Shown piece after piece: positions 8,762 through 18,736 of a stretch of DNA of 64,000 bases. Under the pieces are notes generated by a model. It had not been told where the DNA came from. It worked only from the letters and a program-made list of their open reading frames with translations, and ran no database searches. How positions within the stretch are numbered: the first letter of the stretch is position 1; each line of letters begins with the position of its first letter. Made by a program: the position numbers and the translations under genes. This DNA comes from Minisyncoccota bacterium (GTDB lineage: Bacteria > Patescibacteriota > Minisyncoccia > Phycocordibacterales > UBA9973): contig JBAYHY010000003.1 of NCBI GenBank assembly GCA_041665885.1, positions 4,529 to 68,528 of the forward strand, in the 5' to 3' direction.

Positions 8762-9831
8762 TGGAAATTCAGAAAGATCACGATTTGTCTAAATTAAATA
8801 CTTTTGGTATTAGGGCGACTGCTCGGTTTTTCGTTGAAGTGAAATCGGAGGAAGATTTAATGGCGCTTTTTAAATTACCCGAGTTTAAGGAAAGTAAAAA
8901 AATGTTTCTCGGGGGCGGAAGCAATGTCCTTTTTACAAAAGATTTTGACGGAATAGTTGTAAAAATTTCAATTCTCGGCAAAAAAATTCAGGAAGAGAAT
9001 GATAAAAATATTTTGCTCGAAATTGGCTCCGGAGAAAAATGGCATGATTTAGTGACCTACGTTGTGAACAACAACTGGGGAGGGATAGAAAACCTGGCGC
9101 TTATTCCCGGCACGGTAGGTGCTGCGCCTGTACAAAATATCGCGGCTTATGGGGAGAACTTCTCAGACGTTTTTGAATCTCTCGATGGATTTAATGTTGA
9201 AAATGGGAAAATTGATAAATTTGGAAAAACAGAATGTAAATTTGGTTATCGGGAAAGTGTTTTCAAGAAAGAATTGAAGGGGAAATATATAATTTTAAAA
9301 GTTCGAATTAAGCTTTCCAAAAATCCACAAATCGAAACCTCGTATTACCAGATTGGGATAACCCGGGACTCGATAAAAGAAGAATTACAGAAAATAACCA
9401 AAGTCCCCTATTCCATAAAAGATGTATATCAGGCGGTGGTGAATATCCGCTCCAGGAAACTTCCCGACCCGGCCCATATTCCAAACGTTGGTAGTTTTTT
9501 CTTGAATTCCGTTGTCAGTAAAAAAAAATACGAAGAATTAAAAAAACAGGTTTCTGAGTTGCAATGCTACCCCCCCGACCAGCTTTATTATAAAGGAGTG
9601 GCGGAGAACAACGAGGATTATGTAAAAGTTGCGACAGGGAGACTTTTGCAAGAACTTGGCTGGTTGGGAAAATGGGTTGGGAATGTTGGTATACATGATA
9701 AACATGCCCTGGTGGTTGTCACGAACGGCAGGGCCACTGGAGAAGAGGTTGTAAATTTTACAGAACAAGTTAAGAAAAGTTATTTTGATCGTTATGGCCT
9801 AAAATTAGAAACCGAGGTTAATTTGATTTAA
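8761..9831 (+). CDS. murB: UDP-N-acetylenolpyruvoylglucosamine reductase
   Basis: FAD-binding N-terminus (LNTFGIRATARFF...GGGSNVLF) and MurB C-terminal domain. Confidence 0.8.
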   Translation: MEIQKDHDLSKLNTFGIRATARFFVEVKSEEDLMALFKLPEFKESKKMFLGGGSNVLFTKDFDGIVVKISILGKKIQEENDKNILLEIGSGEKWHDLVTYVVNNNWGGIENLALIPGTVGAAPVQNIAAYGENFSDVFESLDGFNVENGKIDKFGKTECKFGYRESVFKKELKGKYIILKVRIKLSKNPQIETSYYQIGITRDSIKEELQKITKVPYSIKDVYQAVVNIRSRKLPDPAHIPNVGSFFLNSVVSKKKYEELKKQVSELQCYPPDQLYYKGVAENNEDYVKVATGRLLQELGWLGKWVGNVGIHDKHALVVVTNGRATGEEVVNFTEQVKKSYFDRYGLKLETEVNLI

Positions 9832-9936
9832 GCATTTTGGGGTGTATAACCCGGTAGTGAGACTTTTGCAAAAAGCTCTACTCCCGGGTATAATTGGGCT
9901 GTTAAAAAAACATTATTAATTAATTTTATTTAAATC

Positions 9937-10410
9937 ATGGAAAATAAAAAAAACATGAATTTGGTTTGGGCAGTCATAATATGCCTGGTTTTAGTCGGAG
10001 TTTTTATTTTTATTAGTATAAACAGTAAAACAAATATGGCAACAGAAAATAACAATCCAGCGGCGAGCGGTGCTGTAAATAGTGCAGACAACAATATCGC
10101 TCCTGTCGGAGAGGTGGCGAAGGTGGGAGACAACGTTGTAATGAATTATACGGGGAGATTAGAGGACGGCACGGTTTTTGATTCAAACGTGGATCCGAAA
10201 TTCAAGCACGTGGAGCCTTTTGTGTTTATCCTGGGTGCCGGGCAAGTGATCGCTGGCTGGGATAAGGGCATTGTCGGCATGAAGGTCGGAGAAAAGAAAA
10301 CCCTTACCATCCCACCTGAGGACGGCTACGGAGCAACGGGGGCCGGTGGAGTTATTCCCCCGAATGCAACCTTGATTTTTGACGTCGAGTTAGTAGGAAT
10401 TAATAAATAA
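9937..10410 (+). CDS. FKBP-type peptidyl-prolyl cis-trans isomerase with N-terminal membrane anchor
   Basis: FKBP domain: VVMNYTGRLEDGTVFDS...PFVFILGAGQVIAGWDKGIVGMKVGEKK...ATLIFDVELVGI. Confidence 0.9.
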   Translation: MENKKNMNLVWAVIICLVLVGVFIFISINSKTNMATENNNPAASGAVNSADNNIAPVGEVAKVGDNVVMNYTGRLEDGTVFDSNVDPKFKHVEPFVFILGAGQVIAGWDKGIVGMKVGEKKTLTIPPEDGYGATGAGGVIPPNATLIFDVELVGINK

Positions 10411-10420
10411 TAAAAAATAT

Positions 10421-11221
10421 ATGGAAAAAATAGAAAATTGGAAATCAAATTTAGTAAAAGTCGGTATTGTATTATTAATCATTTTGTCGCTTTATTACTT
10501 GGCGAAAACGTTTACTGAAATAAGGGCGTATAAATATATCGGGGGAGGTGCTCCAGCTTCTAATGTGATGAGCTTTGATGGTAAGGGAGAAGTTACCGCC
10601 AGCCCTGATCTCGCTACTATTAGTCTGACCATCCGTGAGAATGCTAAAGTAATGAAGGATGCTCAGGACAAGGTAACGGCGAAAGAAACAGCGGTGTTAG
10701 ATTTTCTTAATAAAAGTGGCATAGACAAGAAAGATATAAAGACGGAAAGCTACAACTCTTACCCGAAGTATGATTATGGAAGTCCTTGCTATGGGTATGG
10801 AGCACCTTGCCCTCAGAGTATTCCAAAAATAATCGGTTATGAGGTTTCTGAATATATTTCAGTGAAAGTTCACGACCTTACGAAGGCGGGGGACGTAGTG
10901 CAGGGCATCGGGAATATCGGCATCTCTGAAATAAATGGCCCGGATTTTTCTATTGAAAAAGAAGACCAGCTGAAGGAACAAGCGAGACAAATGGCCATAG
11001 ATGAGGCAAAAGCAAAAGCAAAAATATTGGCAAAAGACCTCGGTGTGCAGTTGGTTCGGATTGTCGGTTTTTCGGAAAACGGCAATTATCCTACACCGAT
11101 GTATGAAAAATCTATGATGGCGGCTGACAGTATTGGTGCCACCGCGACCCCTTCTCCGACATTGCCAACGGGGGAAAATAAGATTACTTCAAATGTGACG
11201 ATTACGTACGAAATCAGATAA
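10421..11221 (+). CDS. SIMPL/DUF541 (BP26-like) periplasmic protein
   Basis: N-terminal TM then SIMPL-domain pattern (ATISLTIRENAKVMKDAQDKV...). Confidence 0.7.
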   Translation: MEKIENWKSNLVKVGIVLLIILSLYYLAKTFTEIRAYKYIGGGAPASNVMSFDGKGEVTASPDLATISLTIRENAKVMKDAQDKVTAKETAVLDFLNKSGIDKKDIKTESYNSYPKYDYGSPCYGYGAPCPQSIPKIIGYEVSEYISVKVHDLTKAGDVVQGIGNIGISEINGPDFSIEKEDQLKEQARQMAIDEAKAKAKILAKDLGVQLVRIVGFSENGNYPTPMYEKSMMAADSIGATATPSPTLPTGENKITSNVTITYEIR

Positions 11222-11243
11222 ATCTGTTTGTTTTCTAATGGAT

Positions 11244-11318
11244 TGACCCGGTTAGTAGATTTTGGCGAAGCCCATCAGGGCGCGCTGTGCGCATCACCAA
11301 AACTCACTACCGGGTTGA
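11244..11318 (+). ncRNA. GC-rich extended hairpin element (long imperfect stem with nested GCGC tip)
   Basis: Arms GACCCGGTTAGTAGATTTTGG and CCAAAACTCACTACCGGGTTGAC, with inner GCGCGC-tgt-GCGC hairpin. Intergenic between the SIMPL gene and secE, just upstream of terminator 11349..11371. Confidence 0.3.
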
Positions 11319-11348
11319 CTATTTTGGCAAAAAGAGTAATATTAAAAA

Positions 11349-11371
11349 AGCCCTTGAAAGGGGGCTTTTTT
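11349..11371 (+). terminator. rho-independent terminator
   Basis: AGCCC-ttgaaagg-GGGCT followed by TTTTTT. Confidence 0.6.
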
Positions 11372-11388
11372 AAAATAATTATAAATAT

Positions 11389-11574
11389 ATGTCAAAATTC
11401 ACCGAATACCTAAAGGAAACAAAAACAGAATTAAAACACGTTATCTGGCCGTCTAAAAATCAGACCTTTTATTATACGTTGATAGTTGTTATTTTGTCCG
11501 TGCTCATTGCATATTATTTAGGAATCTTTGATTTTATTTTTTCACAAGGATTGCAAAAGATAATCACCCCATAA
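11389..11574 (+). CDS. secE: preprotein translocase subunit SecE
   Basis: 61 aa, single C-terminal TM, conserved KETKTELKHVIWPSK motif; precedes nusG. Confidence 0.85.
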   Translation: MSKFTEYLKETKTELKHVIWPSKNQTFYYTLIVVILSVLIAYYLGIFDFIFSQGLQKIITP

Positions 11575-11581
11575 ACTTACC

Positions 11582-12124
11582 ATGAAACAAGAATCATTAG
11601 GAGTTAGAAATTGGTACGCAATACATACTTACGCTGGGTACGAGAACGTGGTTCTTCGTAATTTGAAGCAGCGCATTGATTCTCTTGGCATGAATGACAA
11701 GATTTTTAATGTGATTGTTCCGGTTGAAAAGAAGATAAAAATCAAAGCTGGCAAAAGGGTAGAGGTGGAAGAAAAAATTTATCCAGGATATGTATTGGTA
11801 GATATGATTGTGACGGACGATTCTTGGTATGTGGTACGTAATACTCCTCGAGTGACGGGTTTCGTTGGCGCTGGAGTGAATCCGGTCCCACTTAAAAAAG
11901 AAGAAGTCGATTATTTGTTCAAGAAAATGGATGCTGGTACTGCTAAACACAATATCGATTTGGTTTCCGGAGAAACGGTTCGCATCGCGGATGGTCCATT
12001 CAAGGACCTTGAAGGTAAAGTTAGCTCGATTGATCAAGACCGAGGGAAGGTGAAGGTTCTGGTTTCAATGTTCGGCCGTGAAACTCCCGTAGAACTTGAT
12101 TTCTTGCAAGTCAAGAAAATTTAA
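11582..12124 (+). CDS. nusG: transcription termination/antitermination factor NusG
   Basis: NGN domain (WYAIHTYAGYENVV) and KOW motif (GETVRIADGPFKDLEGKV). Confidence 0.9.
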   Translation: MKQESLGVRNWYAIHTYAGYENVVLRNLKQRIDSLGMNDKIFNVIVPVEKKIKIKAGKRVEVEEKIYPGYVLVDMIVTDDSWYVVRNTPRVTGFVGAGVNPVPLKKEEVDYLFKKMDAGTAKHNIDLVSGETVRIADGPFKDLEGKVSSIDQDRGKVKVLVSMFGRETPVELDFLQVKKI

Positions 12125-12211
12125 GGAGCAATGCGACTATAAATTTATTGATGCCGCTTCGGCGGTATTAAGAGAATTGCATTAGAAAGTATTTTATAGT
12201 AATGTAAAAAA

Positions 12212-12637
12212 ATGGCAAAAAAAATAACCAAAAAAATAAAACTACAAATTCAAGCTGCCAAAGCAACCCCTGCACCACCATTAGGACCTGCCCTCGGACA
12301 AGCTGGCATTAACATTGGAGATTTCGTTACCAAGTTCAATGCCGCGACCGCCAAGATGGCGGGGGACAAGGTGGGTGTTTCTATCACCGTTTACGAAGAC
12401 CGAAGTTATGATTTTGTCATTAAAACCCCTCCAGTAACTGGGCTTATTCTCAAAGCGGCAGGCGTAGAAAAGGGTTCCGGGAAGAATGCCACCACAAAGG
12501 TGGGTAAAATCACCAAAGCTCAAGCCCTGGAAATAGCCAAAAAGAAAATGGTAGATTTGAATGCCAAAGACGACGAAGGAGCAATCAATATTGTCGCTGG
12601 TTCTGCCAGGTCTATGGGGATAGAAGTAAAAGACTAA
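12212..12637 (+). CDS. rplK: 50S ribosomal protein L11
   Basis: [16 protein letters not shown] motif and full L11 length. Confidence 0.95.
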   Translation: MAKKITKKIKLQIQAAKATPAPPLGPALGQAGINIGDFVTKFNAATAKMAGDKVGVSITVYEDRSYDFVIKTPPVTGLILKAAGVEKGSGKNATTKVGKITKAQALEIAKKKMVDLNAKDDEGAINIVAGSARSMGIEVKD

Positions 12638-12767
12638 AAAACTTCCATGCTTACAAACAAAACAATCTCAACTTGGTCCTCGTTCGTAAGATAAATAATT
12701 AGCTTTAGCGGGTGGATTTTTTCTATTGTCGGAATAGATTTTTCACCTAGTAATCTAATTATTTTTT

Positions 12768-13418
12768 ATGAATGATTTAATTTCAAAAAAAATTTTAATT
12801 TGTTTAACGCTCTATCTCACTTCTCTTTTTGCGGCTAATACCCTGGGGATAAAATTAATGCCTTTTCTTTTCGGTACGCATCTTTCGGTAGCGGTCTTCT
12901 CTTTCCCGATTATATTTTGCATGACTGATGTTATTGGAGAAGTTTATGGTAAAAAAATGGCAAATAGCTTCGTCCTCGCTGGTATTGTTAGTCTTGTTTT
13001 ATTTTTGTTTTATTCATTAATTTCAACTGTTACACCCTGGGCCGAGGAAGGGCAGTGGGTTCAAGTCGGATACAATCAAATTTTTGGACTTTCTGCTCGT
13101 TTTTCTATTGCTTCTCTTGTTGCCTTTGCTGTTGGACAGTATCAAGATGTTATTTCTTTTTTCTTTCTGAAAAAACACATAGGTGAAAAAAAATTCTGGT
13201 TGCGTTCGAATTTATCTAATGTTTGGTCAGAATTTTTTGATTCCTTCGTCTTTATGTTTATTGCTTACTTTGGTATTTTGCCAATAAAAACCATTTTCTT
13301 GATTATAATTCCGTGGTGGGTTTATAAAATATTTATGGGATTTTTATATACTCCGCTTTCGTATTTAGGAATTTATTTATTAAGGGGAAAAAATTACAAT
13401 GCAAATCAAACCAATTAA
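12768..13418 (+). CDS. YhhQ/DUF165 (VUT family) putative queuosine-precursor transporter
   Basis: About 216 aa, 6 TM; central GQYQDVISFFFLKKHIGEKKFWLRSNLSNVWSEFFDSFVFMFIAY pattern resembles YhhQ. Confidence 0.5.
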   Translation: MNDLISKKILICLTLYLTSLFAANTLGIKLMPFLFGTHLSVAVFSFPIIFCMTDVIGEVYGKKMANSFVLAGIVSLVLFLFYSLISTVTPWAEEGQWVQVGYNQIFGLSARFSIASLVAFAVGQYQDVISFFFLKKHIGEKKFWLRSNLSNVWSEFFDSFVFMFIAYFGILPIKTIFLIIIPWWVYKIFMGFLYTPLSYLGIYLLRGKNYNANQTN

Positions 13419-14124
13419 AACAAGGATATTTCATGAGGGTGAAAATTTGTTGGAGTTTGTCCTAAAATATACAAAAAAAATTCCAGAAAATTCTGTTCTT
13501 GTCGTTACTTCTAAAATCGTAGCCCTCTCGGAGGGGCGAACGGTACGATATAAAAATCAAGAGCAAAAAGTTAGGTTGATAAAAAAAGAAAGTGATTTTG
13601 TGATTAAAACAAAGCACACCTGGCTCACCGTTAAAAATGGCACGGTGATGGCTTCTGCTGGAATTGACGAATCGAATGCCAACGGAAAACTCATCCTTTT
13701 ACCCAAAGATAGTTTTGGTTCTGCTGAAGTGCTCAGGAAAAAACTCAAAAAAATATTTAGAATCAAAAAGCTGGGGATACTGATTACGGATAGTAGGGTT
13801 TTTCCGCTTCGGGCCGGAGTCGTGGGGGTTGCCCTGGGCTATTCTGGATTCAAGGGCATTAGAAATTACATCGGCAAGAAGGATATTTTCGGTAGAGTTT
13901 TAAAAATGTCCAGGACAGATATTGCTGATAGTCTAGCAACGGCTGCGGTGCTTTGTATGGGGGAAGGAAAAGAGAAAAGGCCGCTTGCCTTGATAACTAA
14001 TGCTCCGATAGAGTTTATTGAAAAAATAAACAGAAAAGAGCTCCGGATTAATCCAAGAGATGATTTGTATTTGCCTCTTTTTGGGAGTATATTAGGGGCA
14101 GATAAAGATAAATTGCATGGCTAA
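13399..14124 (+). CDS. CofE-like (F420-0:gamma-glutamyl ligase family) protein
   Basis: VLVVTSKIVALSEGR and GIDESNANG motifs typical of the CofE family. Confidence 0.5.
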   Translation: MQIKPIKTRIFHEGENLLEFVLKYTKKIPENSVLVVTSKIVALSEGRTVRYKNQEQKVRLIKKESDFVIKTKHTWLTVKNGTVMASAGIDESNANGKLILLPKDSFGSAEVLRKKLKKIFRIKKLGILITDSRVFPLRAGVVGVALGYSGFKGIRNYIGKKDIFGRVLKMSRTDIADSLATAAVLCMGEGKEKRPLALITNAPIEFIEKINRKELRINPRDDLYLPLFGSILGADKDKLHG

Positions 14125-14683
14125 AATTATTTTAGGGGTTGCCAGTCAAATCGCGGCCGGCAAGGGAATTACAACTGAATATTTGAAAAAAAGTTATAAG
14201 GCTGGTACTTATAAGTTTTCAAACGTTCTCCGGGATCTTTTGGGGCGCTTATATCTAGAAAACAGCAGAGAAAATCTCTCGAAGCTGTCAACTGCGCTCC
14301 GTAAAAATTTTTCAGAGGACATTTTGGCAAAAGTTATATATGAGGATGTTAAAAAAGACGAACGAGAAATTATTGTGGTTGACGGAGTTCGGAGACTGGC
14401 AGATATTGTTTATTTGAAAAAATTACCCGGATTTAGGCTTGTCTTTATTGATGCTGATATTGAGAAGAGATATCAAAGAATTATTTTAAGAGGAGAAAAT
14501 GTAGATGATAAAAATAAATCTTTTGAGCAATTCAGAAAAGATCATGAACTTGAAACAGAGCTCCAGATCGCAGATTTAAAAAAAGTGGCTGATGTTGTGG
14601 TTGATAACAACGGAAATCTTGAAGATTTATATAAACAAGTAGACAAAATTATCAAAGAAATTTTAGAAAAAAATGAAAAGTAA
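14117..14683 (+). CDS. P-loop nucleotide kinase-like protein (dephospho-CoA kinase / dNMP kinase superfamily)
   Basis: N-terminal glycine-rich loop GVASQIAAGKG; about 190 aa; fold assignment only. Confidence 0.35.
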   Translation: MAKIILGVASQIAAGKGITTEYLKKSYKAGTYKFSNVLRDLLGRLYLENSRENLSKLSTALRKNFSEDILAKVIYEDVKKDEREIIVVDGVRRLADIVYLKKLPGFRLVFIDADIEKRYQRIILRGENVDDKNKSFEQFRKDHELETELQIADLKKVADVVVDNNGNLEDLYKQVDKIIKEILEKNEK

Positions 14684-16493
14684 ATTAGGCTTTGTCTCGG
14701 TAATATCGATTATAATTTTTACTCTCTTTCTTGGTTTTACTAAAATACAAGCAGAAAATATTGACCTCACGAATGAGGCTATTGTAAATTTCCATTCCGA
14801 CATTGCAGTAAATATGGATAACTCTATTGATGTTGTAGAGAACATTACTTACAACACCGGAGAGGCGGAAAGGCACGGGTTACTTCGCGATATTATCTCG
14901 AAATCTTCAGTCGGGTACCAAATGAAAATCGAGAAAGTGAGTGCGGTTGACGAAAACAATAATCCTTACACCTTTACCACTTCTAATTTAGGTTCGAATT
15001 ATGAAATTAAAATTGGTGACGCGGATAAAACTTTTGTTGGTCAAAAAACGTATGTTATTAAATACCACGCCACGAAGGCGACGGCTCAATTTGATGATTT
15101 TGATGAAATATATTGGAACGTTATCGGAAACGACTGGGAAATTCCCATTTATGCAGCGAGTGCTTCTGTTTTTTTGTCTACCGGGGTCGTTGCAACTCAG
15201 TCGTCTTGTTATTATGGGTCAAAAGGAAGTACAAAACAATGTGAGTTAAAGAAGGACACAAGTAATTCATCTTATAATTTTATTATTCCAGCCCCCCTTG
15301 GCCCAGGAGAAGGGTTAACCGTAGCCGTCGGTTTTCCGAAGGGAGCTGTCGCCCCCTATTCTTGGATGGATAAATTTTTTAATACATATTTTCCCTGGCT
15401 GACAGCGATAGTTTTACCTTTTTTAACTTTAATTTTTTCTCTATGGTATTGGTATAAAAAGGGGAGAGACCCGAAAGGTACCGGAGTGATTGTGCCACAA
15501 TATGATGTGCCAGAAGATCTAACCCCGCTCGAGGTTGGTGGTATAGTAAAAGAGAAAGTTGAAACAAAAAATATTTCCGCAGAGATTATATACCTTGCCA
15601 CTAAGGGATATTTAAAAATAAATCAATTAGAAGAAAAGTTTATCGGCCTTTTTAAAACGACGGATTACGAGCTCATTAAATTAAAGGATTTTTCGGATGT
15701 AAAAAATGATTTTGATAAGAAACTTTTGACATCATTGTTTAGCGAAAGACCCAAGCTGGATCTTTCAATGTATATAAATTTATTTAAGGGAATACCACCA
15801 GCTGTCCCCGAGGTTTCCCTTTTGCCTTCGGTCAAATTATCAGCACTTAAAAATGTTTTTTATAAGGAAGCTCAGGCAGTTATTCTTTCTTTGCTAGACT
15901 CATTGCTCAAGAAGGGTTATTACAAGAATCTGGGGAGAATGAAGAATTCTGCCGGTGGTATTGTTGTGGCAATATTTTTATTAGTTTGGGGCTTAATGAT
16001 TTTCGGTGGAGTTTTTAATGTTTTATTTTCCATCACTATGATAATTCCACTCCTCGCCGGTCTAGTAGTTTCAATAATTATTTATGTTGTCGTTTCTCGT
16101 TTTTTCCCAGCCAAAACGGAGAAAGGAGTTGAATTAAAAGAATATCTTCTCGGGCTAAAAGATTATCTGCAAATTGCGGAAAAGGATAGATTGATTTTTC
16201 ACAATGCTCCAGAAAAGAAGCCGGAAGTGTTTGAAAAATTATTACCTTTTGCCATGGTGCTGGGGGTGGCGGATATCTGGGCAAAAGAGTTTGAGGGGAT
16301 ATATACCACTCCACCGTCTTGGTATTTTGGTCCGAATAATACCGCCTTTAATGCGGTAACGTTCAATCATTCTCTGTCGAACTTCAGTACTTATGCTTCG
16401 TCTGCCTTAAGTTCTTCTCCCTCTGGATCCGGTAGTGGAGGTGGAGGTTCCTCTGGTGGCGGGGGAGGAGGCGGGGGTGGCGGGGGTTGGTAA
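14673..16493 (+). CDS. DUF2207-like membrane protein with C-terminal poly-Gly/Ser tail
   Basis: Signal/TM at N-terminus, large extracytoplasmic domain, TM segments, C-terminal SGSGSGGGGSSGGGGGGGGGGGW. Confidence 0.6.
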   Translation: MKSKLGFVSVISIIIFTLFLGFTKIQAENIDLTNEAIVNFHSDIAVNMDNSIDVVENITYNTGEAERHGLLRDIISKSSVGYQMKIEKVSAVDENNNPYTFTTSNLGSNYEIKIGDADKTFVGQKTYVIKYHATKATAQFDDFDEIYWNVIGNDWEIPIYAASASVFLSTGVVATQSSCYYGSKGSTKQCELKKDTSNSSYNFIIPAPLGPGEGLTVAVGFPKGAVAPYSWMDKFFNTYFPWLTAIVLPFLTLIFSLWYWYKKGRDPKGTGVIVPQYDVPEDLTPLEVGGIVKEKVETKNISAEIIYLATKGYLKINQLEEKFIGLFKTTDYELIKLKDFSDVKNDFDKKLLTSLFSERPKLDLSMYINLFKGIPPAVPEVSLLPSVKLSALKNVFYKEAQAVILSLLDSLLKKGYYKNLGRMKNSAGGIVVAIFLLVWGLMIFGGVFNVLFSITMIIPLLAGLVVSIIIYVVVSRFFPAKTEKGVELKEYLLGLKDYLQIAEKDRLIFHNAPEKKPEVFEKLLPFAMVLGVADIWAKEFEGIYTTPPSWYFGPNNTAFNAVTFNHSLSNFSTYASSALSSSPSGSGSGGGGSSGGGGGGGGGGGW

Positions 16494-16521
16494 TTTTATT
16501 TTTTGGTAGTATATTAGGACA

Positions 16522-17064
16522 ATGGAAAAAACAGTTAAAAAGATTTCCCTAAAGCACAAAGATTTAATAAAAAAAATTAAGGCTCACAAGGTGTTGGGGC
16601 AGAAGATTGTTTGTACCATTGGGTCTTGGGACATGCTTCACATTGGACACCTGAGATATTTGAACGCTGCTAAAAGTCACGGGGACGTGTTGATCGTGGG
16701 GGTGGATAGTGATCGGGGAGTAAAATCGTACAAAGGCCCGCTAAGACCAATCATCCCTGAAAAAGAACGAGCCGAAATGTTGTCATATCAATCCTGTGTT
16801 GATTATGTTACTCTCGTTGACGATATAGACAAAAAGGGGAATTGGCAATACGGCCTTATCAAAGATCTGCCGATAGACACTTTCGTTGCCGTTGAGGGGG
16901 ACAGCTATACCGAGGAACAAAAAAAGATGATTAAAAAGTTTTGTAAGAATATTTTAGTTATTCCTCGTCAGGCCCTAAGCACCTCTTCCACGAATATTGT
17001 ACAAAACGTCATCAAAATTCATTTACTTGATCAACTGGGTCAGTTGGAGAAAAAGGAAAAATAG
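16522..17064 (+). CDS. cytidylyltransferase-like nucleotidyltransferase (HxGH family; TagD / RfaE domain II-like)
   Basis: VCTIGSWDMLHIGHLRYLNAAKSHGDVLIVGVDSD matches the HxGH nucleotidyltransferase fold. Confidence 0.7.
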   Translation: MEKTVKKISLKHKDLIKKIKAHKVLGQKIVCTIGSWDMLHIGHLRYLNAAKSHGDVLIVGVDSDRGVKSYKGPLRPIIPEKERAEMLSYQSCVDYVTLVDDIDKKGNWQYGLIKDLPIDTFVAVEGDSYTEEQKKMIKKFCKNILVIPRQALSTSSTNIVQNVIKIHLLDQLGQLEKKEK

Positions 17065-17065
17065 G

Positions 17066-17902
17066 ATGGCAGAAAAAAAAATTCTCATAATAAATATTCC
17101 CGTAATTCACAAGGGGTTTTTAGATTTTCTAAAAAAAAACAAAAACAACGTATCAAAAATTTTTATTGTTAACCCAAAGCTTGTTGAAAAGATCTCTGAC
17201 CTAAGAAACGACATAGCCGCGATTGATTACAGGGAGAGCAAGAAAATTTTAATTTCTTTGGGGTTTAAAAATATTAGTTCGATTGGTGAAAAAAACATAA
17301 GGAAGCTCAATGGTTCGTCTGTTGTCATGATAAATGACCACGTATCAAGAGAAATAAAAAAATTTTTTTTAAAAAATTCTCAGGTAATCTGGAAAGATGT
17401 TTTTTTGAGATGGGATAAAGATAGTATTTCCGCAGAGCATTTCCCGGGTGAGAAGATTAGCGCAAAAAAAGAAGACAAAATAAAAATAGCGGAGGCCTAT
17501 AAAGAAGCGAAGAAAAGTACTGATTGGTGGCGAAGGGTAGGAGCAGTGCTTGTTAAAGGAAACAAAGTCGTTTTAAGGGGGCATAACAGGGGTGTCCCGG
17601 ACGATTATACTTCTTACCAAGTGGGTAACATCAGAGATTTTATTAAGGCAGGGGAAAAACAAGAATTAAGCTCAACTATTCATGCGGAACAGAAGATAGT
17701 TGCGGAAGCTGCTCAAAAAGGGATATCGCTGAAAGGGACGAAACTATATATTACCCACTTTCCATGCCCTGTTTGTGCTAAACTTATTATGTTTTCAGGA
17801 ATAAAAAAATGTTTTTTTGTTGAAGGTGCTTCAAACCTTGATGGTGGTAAAATGTTGAAACTTGCCGGAGTAGATTTATTTGTAGTAGACTGTAGTAAAT
17901 AA
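17066..17902 (+). CDS. dCMP deaminase (ComEB-like) with N-terminal extension domain
   Basis: C-terminal zinc-binding cytidine/dCMP deaminase motifs HAEQKIVAEAA ... PCPVCAKLI. Start set at ATG 17066 to avoid overlap with the upstream gene. Confidence 0.75.
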   Translation: MAEKKILIINIPVIHKGFLDFLKKNKNNVSKIFIVNPKLVEKISDLRNDIAAIDYRESKKILISLGFKNISSIGEKNIRKLNGSSVVMINDHVSREIKKFFLKNSQVIWKDVFLRWDKDSISAEHFPGEKISAKKEDKIKIAEAYKEAKKSTDWWRRVGAVLVKGNKVVLRGHNRGVPDDYTSYQVGNIRDFIKAGEKQELSSTIHAEQKIVAEAAQKGISLKGTKLYITHFPCPVCAKLIMFSGIKKCFFVEGASNLDGGKMLKLAGVDLFVVDCSK

Positions 17903-17903
17903 A

Positions 17904-18728
17904 ATGAGACAATATTTAGATTTATTAAAAGATGTTTTGGAAAACGGACAAGGGAAAAGCGACCCACATGGGGTTGGTAGTATTGCTGTCTGCGGGCGAA
18001 CAATGCGATTCGATTTATCTAAAGGAGAATTTCCGATGCTCACTACAAAAAAACTCCATTTCAAATCGATTGCCTATGAGCTTCTTTGGTTTCTGCGTGG
18101 TAATACTGATATTCAATTTCTTAAAGATAACAAAATAACGATTTGGGATGAATGGGCAACCCCGGAAGTGTGTAAAAAGATGGGTCTTCCGGAGGGAGAT
18201 GTGGGTAGAATTTATGGTGCGCAATGGAGGCATTGGAGAAAAACAGATGGAGGAGAAATCGATCAAATCAAAAACTTAATCGAAGGGTTAAAAGAACATC
18301 CGGACTGGCGCCGGCACATGGTGACCTCCTGGAATCCGGAAGACGTAGACAAGGTATTCGTCGCACCCTGCCACGGTATTTTCAAATGTTTTGCAGTCAA
18401 CGGAGAATTGTCTTTGCATATGTTCCAGAGAAGTGCGGATGTTTTTTTGGGCGTGCCTTATAACATTGCCTCATATTCCTTGTTGCTTCTTATGATTGCC
18501 CAAGTAACTGGTCTGAAGCCTAAAGAGTTTATTCATACGATGTCCGATGTTCACCTTTATAATAACCATTTTGAGCAGGCGAGGGAACAATTAAAAAGAG
18601 AGCCTAAACCATTACCCAGGCTAAAAATTAATCCTGAGATTAAAGATATTTTTGATTTTAAATACGAAGATTTTACTCTTGAAGATTACAACGCGGATCC
18701 AAACATAAAGGCGGATGTTGCCATCTAG
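17904..18728 (+). CDS. thyA: thymidylate synthase ThyA
   Basis: ThyA signatures: RTMRFDLSKGEFPMLTTKKLHFKSIAYELLWFLRG and catalytic-Cys region PCH. Confidence 0.95.
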   Translation: MRQYLDLLKDVLENGQGKSDPHGVGSIAVCGRTMRFDLSKGEFPMLTTKKLHFKSIAYELLWFLRGNTDIQFLKDNKITIWDEWATPEVCKKMGLPEGDVGRIYGAQWRHWRKTDGGEIDQIKNLIEGLKEHPDWRRHMVTSWNPEDVDKVFVAPCHGIFKCFAVNGELSLHMFQRSADVFLGVPYNIASYSLLLLMIAQVTGLKPKEFIHTMSDVHLYNNHFEQAREQLKREPKPLPRLKINPEIKDIFDFKYEDFTLEDYNADPNIKADVAI

Positions 18729-18736
18729 CAACTTGT

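Noticed and set aside
11228-11413. 61-aa ORF spanning the SIMPL-secE intergenic region
   Set aside because: It overlaps a long GC-rich hairpin and a terminator and runs into the secE start; more likely structured non-coding DNA.
16997-17065. Upstream extension of the dCMP deaminase ORF starting at 16997
   Set aside because: It overlaps the last 68 nt of the preceding cytidylyltransferase gene in another frame. ATG 17066, immediately after that gene's stop, is the more plausible start.
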